From Lingula anatina (taxonomy: Eukaryota > Animalia > Brachiopoda): DNA of 64,000 nt. Both the position numbers and the translations under genes were made by a program. This document shows, piece after piece, positions 37,612 to 50,000 of this stretch. The notes under the pieces were generated by a model that was given only the letters and a program-made list of their open reading frames with translations, had not been told where the DNA came from and did no database searches. How positions within the stretch are numbered: the first letter of the stretch is position 1; each line of letters opens with the position of its first letter. The stretch is from positions 8,308,001 through 8,372,000 of the forward strand of contig CM120642.1 in assembly GCA_051362555.1 (NCBI GenBank). Reading direction: 5' to 3'.

Positions 37612-40600
37612 TTAGTCTTGTTTTTCGTGCGCCTTTGTCCAACATACAGACATCACTGCTGCGGAATGAATTCTGAAGAAAATAATAATGGGCGCCGTTA
37701 GATTGTGAACTATCTTCCATGGAAGTTCTCCGTAAAACGAATGGAACAATATATGTTCTTCTGCCTTTTTAAGACCAAATGTGCTGCAGAGCCACAGGCT
37801 CAGATTACATATTATAAGAAAAACCAGCAGACCCCGCCCCTTCGCGTGCACAACACTTCTTCCGGAGGGAATTACTTCCGGGTCACGACGGTCATTGTCG
37901 GCTAGGAATGCCGTTTGTAAAGTTGCCTGGATTAACCCCAAAACAACGAGAAGTAGAGCCAAAATGGCATTCAAGTGATCGGGGTGTCCTTGACTAATGT
38001 ACCAAATGTTTGGCATGGCGATAAAAGTATACTGCAGATAAGCTCCAAATGTTGCCATAAATAAAAGATTGTCATCCACTGTGTCGGTTTCCATTCCTAG
38101 ATAAACTGCATTTCTCATATAACGCAACGCCACCAACACTGTGATTGAATTCACCAAGAGCAGAAATATCTCCAGACAAAGATACAGAGTATAAGCAAGC
38201 TCGCTGTTTTCCGACTCAGAGTTCTCGCCATTGTCAAGAGAGATTAGAAAGTAAACGAGAACCGCAAATGTAACCATAGCAACAGAGACTCCTAAGAGAG
38301 CGCCAATTGAGGAGGGCCTCTGCCAAGAATGCTTGAACGATGTTTTCATTGCTCTGCGGCCTTCATGGTCTTCGGATGAGTTTTCCGCTGGGGCACCGAT
38401 GCTTGTGAATATGATGTACATTAGAGTGGCTCCAATAACGCTGTACTCTAACACAAATGGATATAAATAAGGCGAGGCTTGATCGAAGATAGTCTTTATG
38501 GAACGACATTTGGCCTCGGTGGTTTCTGATGTTTCTGAAAAGTCAAAAAAGAAAACTCGGTATTTAAAAAAAAATCTTGTTCCTTGGCCATGGGTTTAAA
38601 GGGCAATGGGAACACAGAATGACGTGATGACGAAGGTAATACCTGTACTAAATTGGACATTACAGACCTACTAGTTTAAAAACATTTAAGGTTCCAGGAA
38701 AGATGTCCCAAATAAGACCAAAACGAATTTTCACTGTCTCATACCATCACGCTGGAAAACTGTTTATTCTAAGAAAATTTCCAAATGGCTACAAGTCAAT
38801 GGTCAGTGATTTATATACGTACCAGTAGAGAGAGAGAGAGAGAAAGAGAAAGAGAGAAAGAGACAGAGAGAGAGAGTAAGGTGCGAAATGGGTTTAAGCT
38901 AGGATAACAAAGATTGGCATTAAAAGTTTATAATTATGCCCCCACTAACCGGTTGAGTTTTCCTCGCTGTCTTTCGATGATTCGCCGAAATCTTCTGCAG
39001 TGTCCATTGCGGAGTAGGCAAAGAAGACGCAAATATTGGTGACCATCAGGTGCATGAAGACTTTGTTTGCCAATCGTGTCTTTGCTGTTACAACAATCTG
39101 AAACATATTTGAAAAAATAACTGTAATACTGGATAAGACATTCTGATGGACGTTTTCTCCATTTTCATTAAAAATCCGTCCCATAAAAAATGGGAAGTTT
39201 TGAGCTCTCGGATACGTTTACAAAAAAGCACAATGAAAAGATATATGAGTATTTCATGAAAGGGGTGCAACCCTAAAATGGAGCTTTTAAGCTAAAAAAC
39301 ATTTAGACCAACAACTTGATTCATTCATTTCAAGAACAAATTGGATACATCTTTTGAAGTCCATATAAATAAAGTAAATATACTGGCTTGAAATATTGCC
39401 CGAGTACTCCCTGATATAACGCAGTTGCAACATTTCCTAAAATAGGACCTGCGATGGGACTTCTACTTGTTTATCTTGGGGCTCAGATTTTGGACCATTT
39501 ATTTTTTATTTTTTTAAATTATTCATTTATATATTTGCTTATTTTATTAATATCCATTGAGAAACCGACCGCTGTTTAAAATGTATAATTACCTTATGAT
39601 AGCGGACAATGAACACAGTTTGCACAGCGAGAAACAGGCAGTGTACGGCTGATGACAGAATGGGAACATTGGAGACGCAACCGTAGACTTTCTCCTGGAC
39701 GTATTCGGCTATACTGAACCCGTCATACAGCAATGCCCCGAGGGCGAAGACTGGAATGATAAAAACAAACCTTGTTATTAAACATAATCATACAGGTAGG
39801 AGTAGTGGAACTGTTGTGTGTATGTGTCGGGGGGGGGGGGGGGGGGCAGTGTATATGTGTGTGTGTTTGTGTCAAACGTAGGCTGTTTTACTTAATAAAA
39901 GTTGAATAAAAAAAACACACAAGTACGATGTTGACGATTACATACTGGTACGTATAAAAAAATCATGGCAGATACCGGGCTGAATAATTACTCGAATGTT
40001 CAACAAGCGGTTCAATAGTGTTGTGGCTATCACACTCGCCTCACACGCGAGAGGTCCTGGATTCGAACCCCAGTTGAACCAGCATTTTTTGGTCTCAAGT
40101 AGGCTAATTCCAGCTGATGTAGGCGCCAGTTGAACGGAAGCACCAATAAAACCCTATCACACAACTGTTTATGACCACACTTTACTCCTAACATCCTTCT
40201 TATCGACGACTGTTCTCGTGAATGACCGCGCTGTAACGTTTTTTTTACTTTAGGCAGTCGAACATTTTCTTTGTGAAACGTGGACCTACAGTAACCTTAA
40301 TTTTTCCATATATGATACCTACCGACTGCAGCAATCCTAAGGTAAAGAGTAATGCCCTCTCCGCCGTAATGCACCCTAGGCTTGTCATAGAAGACCTTTG
40401 CAGAGAGTGAAGTTACGGCTCCATCTAGCGGTGAACATTGATGTCCATTTTCACTTCCGTTGGTTGGTTCCAATGGTATGTCAGCTGGTTTCTGATGGTC
40501 GCTTGATTTTTGGATGTTGTCTTTTGATCCGCGCAACAAATAAAGGAAAACGTAAAGTAGAGCTGCTACAGAGGCCAGGTACAGATATCCATTAAAAACC

Positions 40601-43600
40601 TAGAATTTTGAAATGATAATAACTTTATATACTAGACTGCAGCAGTGGCGGATTTGGGGGGGGGGGGGGGGTGTCCCCCCCCCCCTTCGATTTCTAAAGA
40701 AAAAAATCACACCAATGGTCCCCCTCTTGAAATAAGAATTTTGACTAGCTGCATCATAGCCGTACCATCCGTGGACCCTCCTTCAAATAATCCTGGATCC
40801 GCCCCATGGTTCATTTAAATTCATACGTGTATTTGATGAATATGTAATTAATCATGGCGAATGAATTGGTCTGAATACCAGCACTATTGCATTGGAAAAA
40901 TACTGTGAAACAGTTGATTTATTATTTCTGTATTCATAAATACAATTTGCTGATAACTATTTCCACTAAATTACCTCCACGTAGAGCGCATCGTTGAAAC
41001 CACTACCACGTACGAAAGCGGCAGTTAAAGGAAAGGCGATCCCCAAGCTGACGATAAACGTGCCATACACAGTCGCCAGATTACGGTGGATGGAGTAACT
41101 GAAAATAAAAACTATGGATTTTATACCTACGAAAAACTGGATGCCAAATTTTACATCCGATGATTGTGTTGCATGCTTTAGGCGTCGGAGAGATCCGCCT
41201 GGTGTACACAATAGGGCTTATAGTTGTAAATGTAAGTGCTGGAATGCATTTGAGTAAAATTAAAAAATACAATATAATTTGAACAAGCAAAAACGGTTAT
41301 CAAATTGAGACATTTTTTGACAGATGTGTCAGCCAGCATCCACGCAAACTTCGTATGTAAAGGAAACATGGTTTTAATGGCATCACCTCAATTTTTTGCT
41401 TGTGTACAGTGTATGTGCTGATTGTTTGTCTCCTGCGACCTTTGCTAAGAAACGCATTAGCTTTCTGCCCGACACCAATAACATCAAATAACAAAGAGGG
41501 AATTAAATGAAGCATCATTAGCTACGCACGGTTTCAAGTGCGTAATGAGAAATGTGATTTAACAATGGTGCAATTAAGCTGTATGTGGTGAATTAGGCGT
41601 AGAGTTTGAATTGCCCACTTCGATGTTTATATCGATGGAAAGATCGATACTGTTAGGGTCCGATTTCCACTTTGCTTTCGACAGCCATTTCACAATCAAT
41701 TGCTATTCATACTGAATTTCTTTTTTAATTGATTCGTCGAATTTTGGGCAAAACGCCTTTAAATCACATAGGCAGTTAGAAAATCTCTTTAGCCCTGCCT
41801 CATTAGGGTTATTGCACTCGTAGATTTCAACCCATATTCATTCTGCTGTTACATAATATACCTCCTTATCAGACTGCTGCATGATAACATGGCTATTTAT
41901 GGAGGACAGAAAATAGCATGCATCTCAGTGTTGTTGAGCAAAATTGAAAGGAATTAAAGACCCAATGCTTTTGTATGTCTTGCGAGAAAGTCGAGTGAAA
42001 AGTGCATCAACCTGCGCAAGATCCACAGGATAAAGGTTGTTAGATCTATTTTTTTCACGTCAGTCATTACTACAAGAGACAGGGGCTTTTAGGACATTCA
42101 GAACAACTTGAGATGCGGACTAAGGCTCTATTCCCATAGATTTTAGATCAATCTATCCCCGCGGGGAGTCTCACTAGATTACTTTCAGATAATCCGACTT
42201 AAATGTCCGTCCCGCCTACTACAAGCTGTAAGGGGGTAATTAACTTTCGTGTCCGCCCGGCTGACAGCTATTTAGCGTGAACCCCCAGGGAGTTAGGTCG
42301 ATCTAAAGTAGGTCGATCTAATCTATGGAAATGGGGTGTAACAGACCTGCGAATCAATTATGGCTAACGTACATTTAAGCAGAGTCGACTTATCCGCTGA
42401 TATTCTCCAGGCCTCCACACGCGCCTACACTGCAGGAGTCTAGCAATTAAACCTCGGAGCCTTAATTTAATCCGTTTAATGGCGCGTGCGGAGGCGGGGA
42501 GACAATCAGCGGATTAGTCGGCTATTGCTTTCCTGTGGGTCGGCCATATTTAATCTGCTGATCTGCAAGTCTGCAGATCAACTTTTTCTGAATACCTTCT
42601 AAAGAGACTAACCCCACCCATTATTTCTTTTGAAATTGTTTCTCCCTCCTCCCACTAAGAATTTGACCCCTATGTAAACGCGCCCGATTCTGACCGTCAT
42701 CCTCCTATTCTCTTATTATCTTTATCCTTATTATCTTTACTGTTGGAACAGAGTCTCAGCTGACGGCACAAATGTACCCGATAAATAACAGATACGATAT
42801 AATCTACATGTATCTAAATGATACGACAGTGGGAACTGCATTCGCAGAATGATTATCTTCTACTGCACTCTCTACCCACAGAATTTGACGATTACAAGGA
42901 CATTTGTTCAATTTTGCAACAGCTACAAGGTAGAGGGTAGTTTTGGTTAGATTATGCTTGATATGAAATGCCGAATACTTATGTAACATTAACAACGTTT
43001 ACCAAATGTACTGACTACTTCTCAGGAATAAGTGCTAAATATCGACGTAATATTCCTTGATTGATAGACTCCCTGCAGCATATTGGTCCAAAAATTAGAA
43101 TTAACGCAAGGGAATAGTTGTTTTGTATTCTATCTGAAATATTCTAACATATCCTCCGTGCTACTGTAGATCGGTTTGCGTCCCTGGGAATTTGACTTTT
43201 AATGAAAAGTATTTGCTTAACATAAAGCGCCTTGTTGAGGCAGTGTGCATTCGCTTTACTTCAGTTCCGTAGCAATAGCGCAAGCATGTGCAAACATGCA
43301 ACGTGCTTTGAGACGAAATAATAAACAAATGGACTGACCCTTTTATATGCAGGTACATAGTATTAAGTGAAAGAAAGCCCAACATTTGTCAAGTTGACGC
43401 TGGAAGCAGAATTTCATCATAATAAAGACAGTGTAGGGCAACAGAGCTTTTTTGTATATTATATGACGTTCTAATAAAATTTGGAGCGGTACCAAATATC
43501 ACATATTTCGATAACATCTAACAAATACGAGAACAGATAGAGTTTTATAAGTTTATAAGTCAAATGAAAAGAAAAATATCGGAAAACTAGTATGATTGTC

Positions 43601-44038
43601 CTCTTCTAATACTATATGCCCATCAATGAACCAAATAGGAGTTGAAAAAGGGGATTGGCTTCAAATAAATGGAACCTTATAATATATATAACAACAAAAG
43701 TTTATCTTCAAGTGTGTATGTCATAAAAATACTGCTTCGCGCTAACGGGTGAACAAATTACAGAGTGTCAAGCTTCTCACTTCAGCCCAAAGCATAGTTC
43801 TATAGAACTCAGTCTGTACAAACAAAACACTGAATATGCCATTCCTAATCATTTTTTTTTTCTATCCGCTGTACTTTGAAAACACATCCCTTAACAAAAC
43901 ATCTTCCTGAATTAGTTTCATCGTTTGTTTCACAAAGCATCAATAACACTATCAACCAGCACATCTTTCCACTTACCGGTCCGTTACCACTAGCTCGGTA
44001 TCCGCCATCTTCGGCGCTATGTAAAAGCTTTCGTTCAT
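37612..44038 (-). CDS. Otopetrin proton channel paralogue A, ~563 aa
   Basis: Exons 44038-43977 (tentative first), 41098-40975, 40599-40323, 39750-39593, 39097-38950, 38534-37612. Motifs: HYGGEGITLYLRIAA, MHLMVTN, ASPYLYPFVLEYS, GRGLLVFLIICNLSLW, FYGELPW, PIIIFFRIHS. Confidence 0.92.
38828..38876. repeat. (GA)n-rich microsatellite
   Basis: Read directly from the sequence. Confidence 0.9.
40009..40081 (+). tRNA. tRNA-Val(CAC)-like gene, variant or recent pseudogene, inside an otopetrin A intron on the opposite strand
   Basis: Cloverleaf: acceptor GGTTCAA/TTGAACC plus discriminator A; D stem GTGT/ACAC; anticodon stem CTCGC/GCGAG with loop CTCACAC (anticodon CAC); T loop TTCGAAC; Pol III T-run at 40085. 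A14 has become T and G53 has become A. Confidence 0.85.
40643..40808. mobile_element. Short MITE with CAGTGGCGGAT...GGATCCGCCCC termini
   Basis: Imperfect terminal inverted repeats and internal poly-G/poly-C tracts; located in an otopetrin A intron. Confidence 0.6.
42124..42338 (+). mobile_element. ~215-bp PIF/Harbinger-like MITE, copy 1
   Basis: Imperfect TIRs attcccatagattttagatc / gatctaatctatggaaat and TAA on both flanks. Near-identical copies occur at 47056-47270 and 48097-48280. Confidence 0.85.
42342..42573. mobile_element. Foldback/palindromic MITE-like element
   Basis: Long imperfect inverted arms: cagacctgcgaatca/tgatctgcaagtctg; gacttatccgctgat/atcagcggattagtc; gcctccacacgcgcc/ggcgcgtgcggaggc. 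Confidence 0.75.
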
Positions 44039-46509
44039 TAATATAAGGCTTAGCTGTTGCGTTATTTACATTTGGGGCTCCAAATGAGAAAAGCCACACG
44101 TGGGACTGTGTGACTTAACGGAAACACAGGTGGATACTTTCACTTGCAGATGCACACACGTATTCTATTTTTGATTAGTCTATTTTCCCCAATTCCTAAT
44201 TTGTGCTAAAAAAGATTTTTCCCCTACGGAATAAAAAAATAAATTAAATATAAGAAATAAATATTTTAAAATAATGTTGCGGGCGTTAACTTATATTAAA
44301 AAAGTTCTTCTCATTGAACCACGCTATTCTCTTTAAACCCATATGTTTGTTCTGTGACTTAATCCTCTGGGAAGGGTCTTTGATATTCAAAAGCACAAAC
44401 TACACCCTGAGGCACTCTCGTAAATGTTCAATGTTGCCATATTTGGGAATTGTAGATGTGACCTTACGTAATTATTGGACGTAATTATTGAATAAGTATA
44501 CGCAGTGGCTGATGCAATTAATCTTTATTGATCTGCTGACCATTTCCCCCCCTCACTGAATTCTGATCTGTACTTGACCTTGATACACACACAAGGTAAA
44601 AAGGTCTTTGAGAAAGCTGTGCACTACTAAAGCTGGGATGCGCCTTATATAACAGCGATGGCCAATCGCAAATCCAAGGGAAAGTAAGTACTACTATATG
44701 GTCAAAGTGCAGCACTGGTTATATGTAATTATTGTGGCAGTGCAAGACAATCTGTTTTTCTGAAATTGTTCCAACTCCCAATGGATAATTGCCACGTTTA
44801 AATCGGATGGATAAGACATGCAAATTTTGGTACAGCACGCACACGTACTGACTCCGTTGTGGAGTTTATTACTGTGTCAGTAACACGGGGGACAGGTAAC
44901 AATTGAAAATGGCGATAAAATACATATGTTCTCTGTATCCCGAGGCCTCTCTAAACCCTAGTGCATGATGATGGAGCAATGGCGTGATTTCAAGACGGTC
45001 GTGTATATTGTAAGGTCTATAGAGATACGGTAATAACCTTAGAGCAATTACAGAAATTGATCTTTTGTTTTTACATATTTATGGTGCTATTCAGTGTCTT
45101 GTCAAATATGTCACAAACAGTTTGCATCACCAAAGACAGATCTAAAATGATGACTAGAACGACAAGTCAAATGACGGTGCAATACGTTTTGGATTCTTGA
45201 TATTCGTATATGTTTGTTCTATCTGGCTATACGTCATTCAGGTCATGGGAATATATTTATTGCAGTTACGAAAACACCGTAAGACAGGCTATGCATTATT
45301 ATGACCAGATAGTTTAATTGGTCATGTTTAACAGTCATACTGTTCAGTAAGAGAAGGATTTGTTTGAGTGTGGTACGTATCAAAAGTGCGGGAACAGGTG
45401 TCAAACCAATAGGTAAAAAAGTACATTCGAAGACTCTCGTTAGACAGAAATTCAGCCCCACCCATCCTCCCATGTTAAAAATACATTGATGGTGTATTTT
45501 AATTTGACATAAGATGATTCATGGCAGTGTATGGAATGACATTTGTATAAGCACCTGATGTTAATGTACTATCAAGTTTTGTGTATAGAGTTGAATGGGC
45601 AGTAATAAATAAACGGGAGATCAAACAAGATTGCGCTTTCATAACTATGAAATCAGTGTTGTATGTTATTGCTGGCGTTAACTTATATTAAAAATGTTAG
45701 TTTAAGGGGGAAAATTAGAACTATGCATATGCAGTAAAAATGAACTAGATTTTGTGCAGTACGTGTCAGAAAAAAGACAATGGCGCATATATTAGGTGAG
45801 CCGTGGTCTCTCTCTGTCTGTATGTCTGTCTTTCTGTCAGGCCTGTCAACTAATTGGACTTGTGTCTTAGTTGTGTAAAATCACATGCAAATAACACTAA
45901 AAATATTGGACTCCTGCCAGATGGTCATCCCAAGTGCAGTCAGTATGTGTTTCAAGTGTTACTTATTCCTTTGATTTATCAATAACTTGGTGATCAATCA
46001 ATTGCATGTGTTTTGTATACTGTAGATGAATGCACTTTGAGATAAAGTGTCGTTATTAATGACTCGGGCACGGATTGCCATGTGCGAATACAGACAGCGC
46101 TAAAGACGTTGGTCGTAACCCACAACAACATCATTGAAATTAGTTCAGCCGATTTTCCCATTATATTCTTTCTATTTTGAGTAGTTCAGGCAGAGCATTG
46201 TATGAACAGTCAAATGCATCACTTGCTGACAGAACAGAATATTTTTCATAATCCAGATCACGAGATGTTATTAAACAGTTTTAAAGCAATCAATTTTTTT
46301 CAGAGTGTAGTTTTAATGTCTAAGATGATTTAGCAGCTATATATATATTGGGTGCAAAAGGGGAAATGCCATGGTCACGGCTATGCAGTTCTGGTCTCAG
46401 GTTGCTTGAATATGCAAATATGTAGGAGATTAAGGGGGTTTATGGCGGGGTGAAAGTGGCGTCAAATCCAGTGCGCTTTCCCAGTTTATCTATATTTATA
46501 CTGATAGTT

Positions 46510-46598
46510 ATGGCAACTGTAACAACAGAAGCGATAAACGAGTGAGTAAATAAGTTGATCTTTGCTATCCAGACGTATTGGAAACTTTGTACATACTA

Positions 46599-46674
<76 letters not shown>

Positions 46675-46974
46675 TATTCAATCAATATTGTTCGCATGTG
46701 ACAATAATCCTTTATGTACATTACCAGTATAAGTCACTGTACTAATCTGTTGTTGTTATAGTTGGTCTACGTAGCTTATTCGAAACAGGGCGTTCACATA
46801 GTAGTGTATATAGAGAAAGTGCGAGCGAACCTAGATCGATTCTGAGTGACTGAACATGATTGCTGAGCTCGTCGAATGTACTATTTCTTGCAAACACAAG
46901 GCAATGAAGTTAAGTTTTGCTTTATCTTCTAATATTCATTCACGCAAATAAATGTGACATATATCAAGAGGACA

Positions 46975-47025
<51 letters not shown>

Positions 47026-50000
47026 ATATGAGCCGATGAGATGTTAGGACACATTCACCCCATTCTCATAGATTAGATCGACCTACATTGGATCGACCTA
47101 ACTCCCTGGGGGTTCACGCTAAATAGCTGTCAGCCGGGCGGGCACGAAAGTTAATTACCCCTTAAAGCTTGTAGTAGGCGGGGACGGACACTTAAGGGGG
47201 ATTATCTGACAGTAATCTAGTGAGACTCCCCGCAGTGATAGATCGATCTAAAAGTTGTGAGAACAGAGCCATTGTGTTTCCCGTGCAGTGCGATTTTAAT
47301 AAATACCATATGTTAAAATATTATACCATTGGTATATTTTTCAGCTCTTGGTCTCATCAGCTATGTAGTCTCTACTCGCTGCTCGTACTCTCCTTGGGTC
47401 TAGCGCTTCCTCTGGTTGCGGCTTTTCAAAATGGGCCCGCATCGCAGTCAGTCATATACACTAAGGTAACTATATTTCTAAGTATATACATGTACTCTTT
47501 TAGTTGACTGTTTTTATTTCTTTATTACATTATCCTTTCATCCCTGTGAACCAAAGCTTAGATAAAATCTTCGAGTAATCGTATCACTTCCGTGTTAAAG
47601 TTACCTTTGATATGAGCAAAAATTAAATTCTTAATTCCAGGTGTTCGAATTATATCTATACACCACAGCGATTTTATACCTTCTGTTCCTACATTGGTAC
47701 TTGATACGCGTTCATGACCCAAAACGGAAACAGCATGGCGCAGTTGCAATTCCAAAGCCCAGGCTAGGCGGGGAGAACGGCCCAACAGACAGTGCAGAAA
47801 CAGACAACCAGGAGGATACTACCCTACCTGTACACCTTGGTGGTAGAGGCATCAGTGTATACCTGCGATATGGAGTAATACGTAAGGGGCTGGTTTGCGG
47901 CTATAATCATTATTATGATCCCCGCACTTTTGTGAGAAATGTCGGGGATCTTGTTATCCATCCCCTCTGTGCGCCTGTGGGCTAGTAATTTCTGCTATCT
48001 CCCCCTAGACCATTAGAGTAAGGAAATTGAAATAAATTTTGGGGATTGATAGGGTGCATTCCCAGAGATTTAGATCGATCCAGAGATTTAGATTTAGGCT
48101 GTATTCCCAGAGCTTTTAGATCGATCTACTCCCGCGGGGAGTCTCACTAGATTACTGTCAGATAATCCGGCTTAAATGTCCGTCACGCCTACTACAAGCT
48201 GTAAGGGGGTAATTAACTTTCGTGTCCGCTCGGCTGACAGCTATTTAGCGTGAACCCCCAGGGAGTTAGGTCGATCTAAAATAGATCCCCCCTAGACTAT
48301 TGGAGTAAGGAAGTGCAAACTTTAGGGATGGATAGACCTGTCATCAGGGATGTGCATGGGTACTTTAGAATTTTTGCCTGCCTGAATTAAGGTTGGGTTG
48401 CCCCTGAGGGTGGGGGTGGATGATTCTAAGTTCTTTTTCAATTATAATTTCTCCTAAATCTTCCTATTCCATTCAAGTGAGGAAGTTCGAACTTTGGGGA
48501 TTGATAGACATATTATAAGAAATGTGCATGGGCACTTAGGAATTTTAGTGTGACTGGGGTTTGGGGTTTCCCTGGAGGTGGATGATCCCAAATTCTTTTT
48601 ACATTGTAAAATTTGCTTTTTGCTCCTAGACCATAAGGGAGGAAGTTAACTTTTGGAATGGATATACCAATCATCAGGGATGTGGATGGGCTAGTCATAA
48701 TTTATGTGCGCATGGGGATTGGGCTGCCCCTGGGGGATGGATGATTTTTTTTTTACATTAAGCCTTTTTTCGTTGATATTTTTTATCTTATTATTGTGAA
48801 GATTATTTGCAATAATAAAACATAACGAGCTTGCGTGTGATTCAAGATTTGCAATGAGGATACAGGCTAAATTTGTTCATTGCATATAATCAGCTTAATG
48901 TTCTGCCAAATAAATCACACTTTATTGACGATATGCACTAGATATCTTTTATTTTATCTATATTGTTTACTTATTGTTTCACTGCATCAGCTTTGCATTT
49001 TAGTGATGTGTATAAAAATCCATTATTTCCACAACTTCTTCAGTTTTTTCCATTGGGACAATTATCTATATTGGATTCCACCTGACAGAGTTCGCCTTGG
49101 AAATAGTAGGACGGTGTAAAGACGTCTCGGCTCTCACAGTAACTGTCGGCGTTGTTCATCTACTTTTCACATTTATTCAGACATTCTTCGTCTTTAAGTA
49201 TCATACAGTAAGTAATAGGAGTGATTTAATGGGATTTGGTAATTATAAGTACATTTGGAAAACACGCGCAATTTGAAAGAACAAAGAGAACAATCAATTT
49301 GGACCATTATTAGTTAATTTCTTTTTTAATTGTATTTTAAATGAAGGACATTATGACTTAGTTGCAGGACTTTGATTTCATGTGCCTTATAAGGCAAAAA
49401 TAAGGTATTCCAATACCCTCTTTTATTATTATTTCTTACTCTATATCGCACACTTATTTTATTTATAATGGGTGTTTCCTGGCTTTTGCTGTGTTTATTA
49501 AAATATGCCTATAATATAAATAATTTCAGATCGTCGTGAACAAACACCTAGTGTTCGCAAGGTTCGGGTTTATACACCTTATGATTACCAACCTATGTAT
49601 TTGGTTGTTGTACGTGATTGTTGAGTCTAGCGACGACTTCTTTGACGACAGCAAAACCACGAACAGTTCCGGCACAGGTAGGTTTCAGCTGATGTGAATC
49701 CTTTATACAGCGAACCACATTCAGGGAGTAAGTTTCACGCGAGACGGGAAAGCCCAAATGAAATAACTACGCTACTCATTGCGATAGTAGAGGTAGATGC
49801 ACAGTTAATGATTGCTAAGAGCAATTTTGCTCACACCTTTGCCTCAAATAAGATAAGAATACAAAAAACGAAAATTTTTCTAAATAAGTTACATTTTGCG
49901 GGAATAAATTAATCAGGCATGCCTCATTTTACGTACATACTGATTTTTTTTTTTTTGCATATTACACAGAAGAAAACTTTTTAAATTTCGTAAAATTGAT

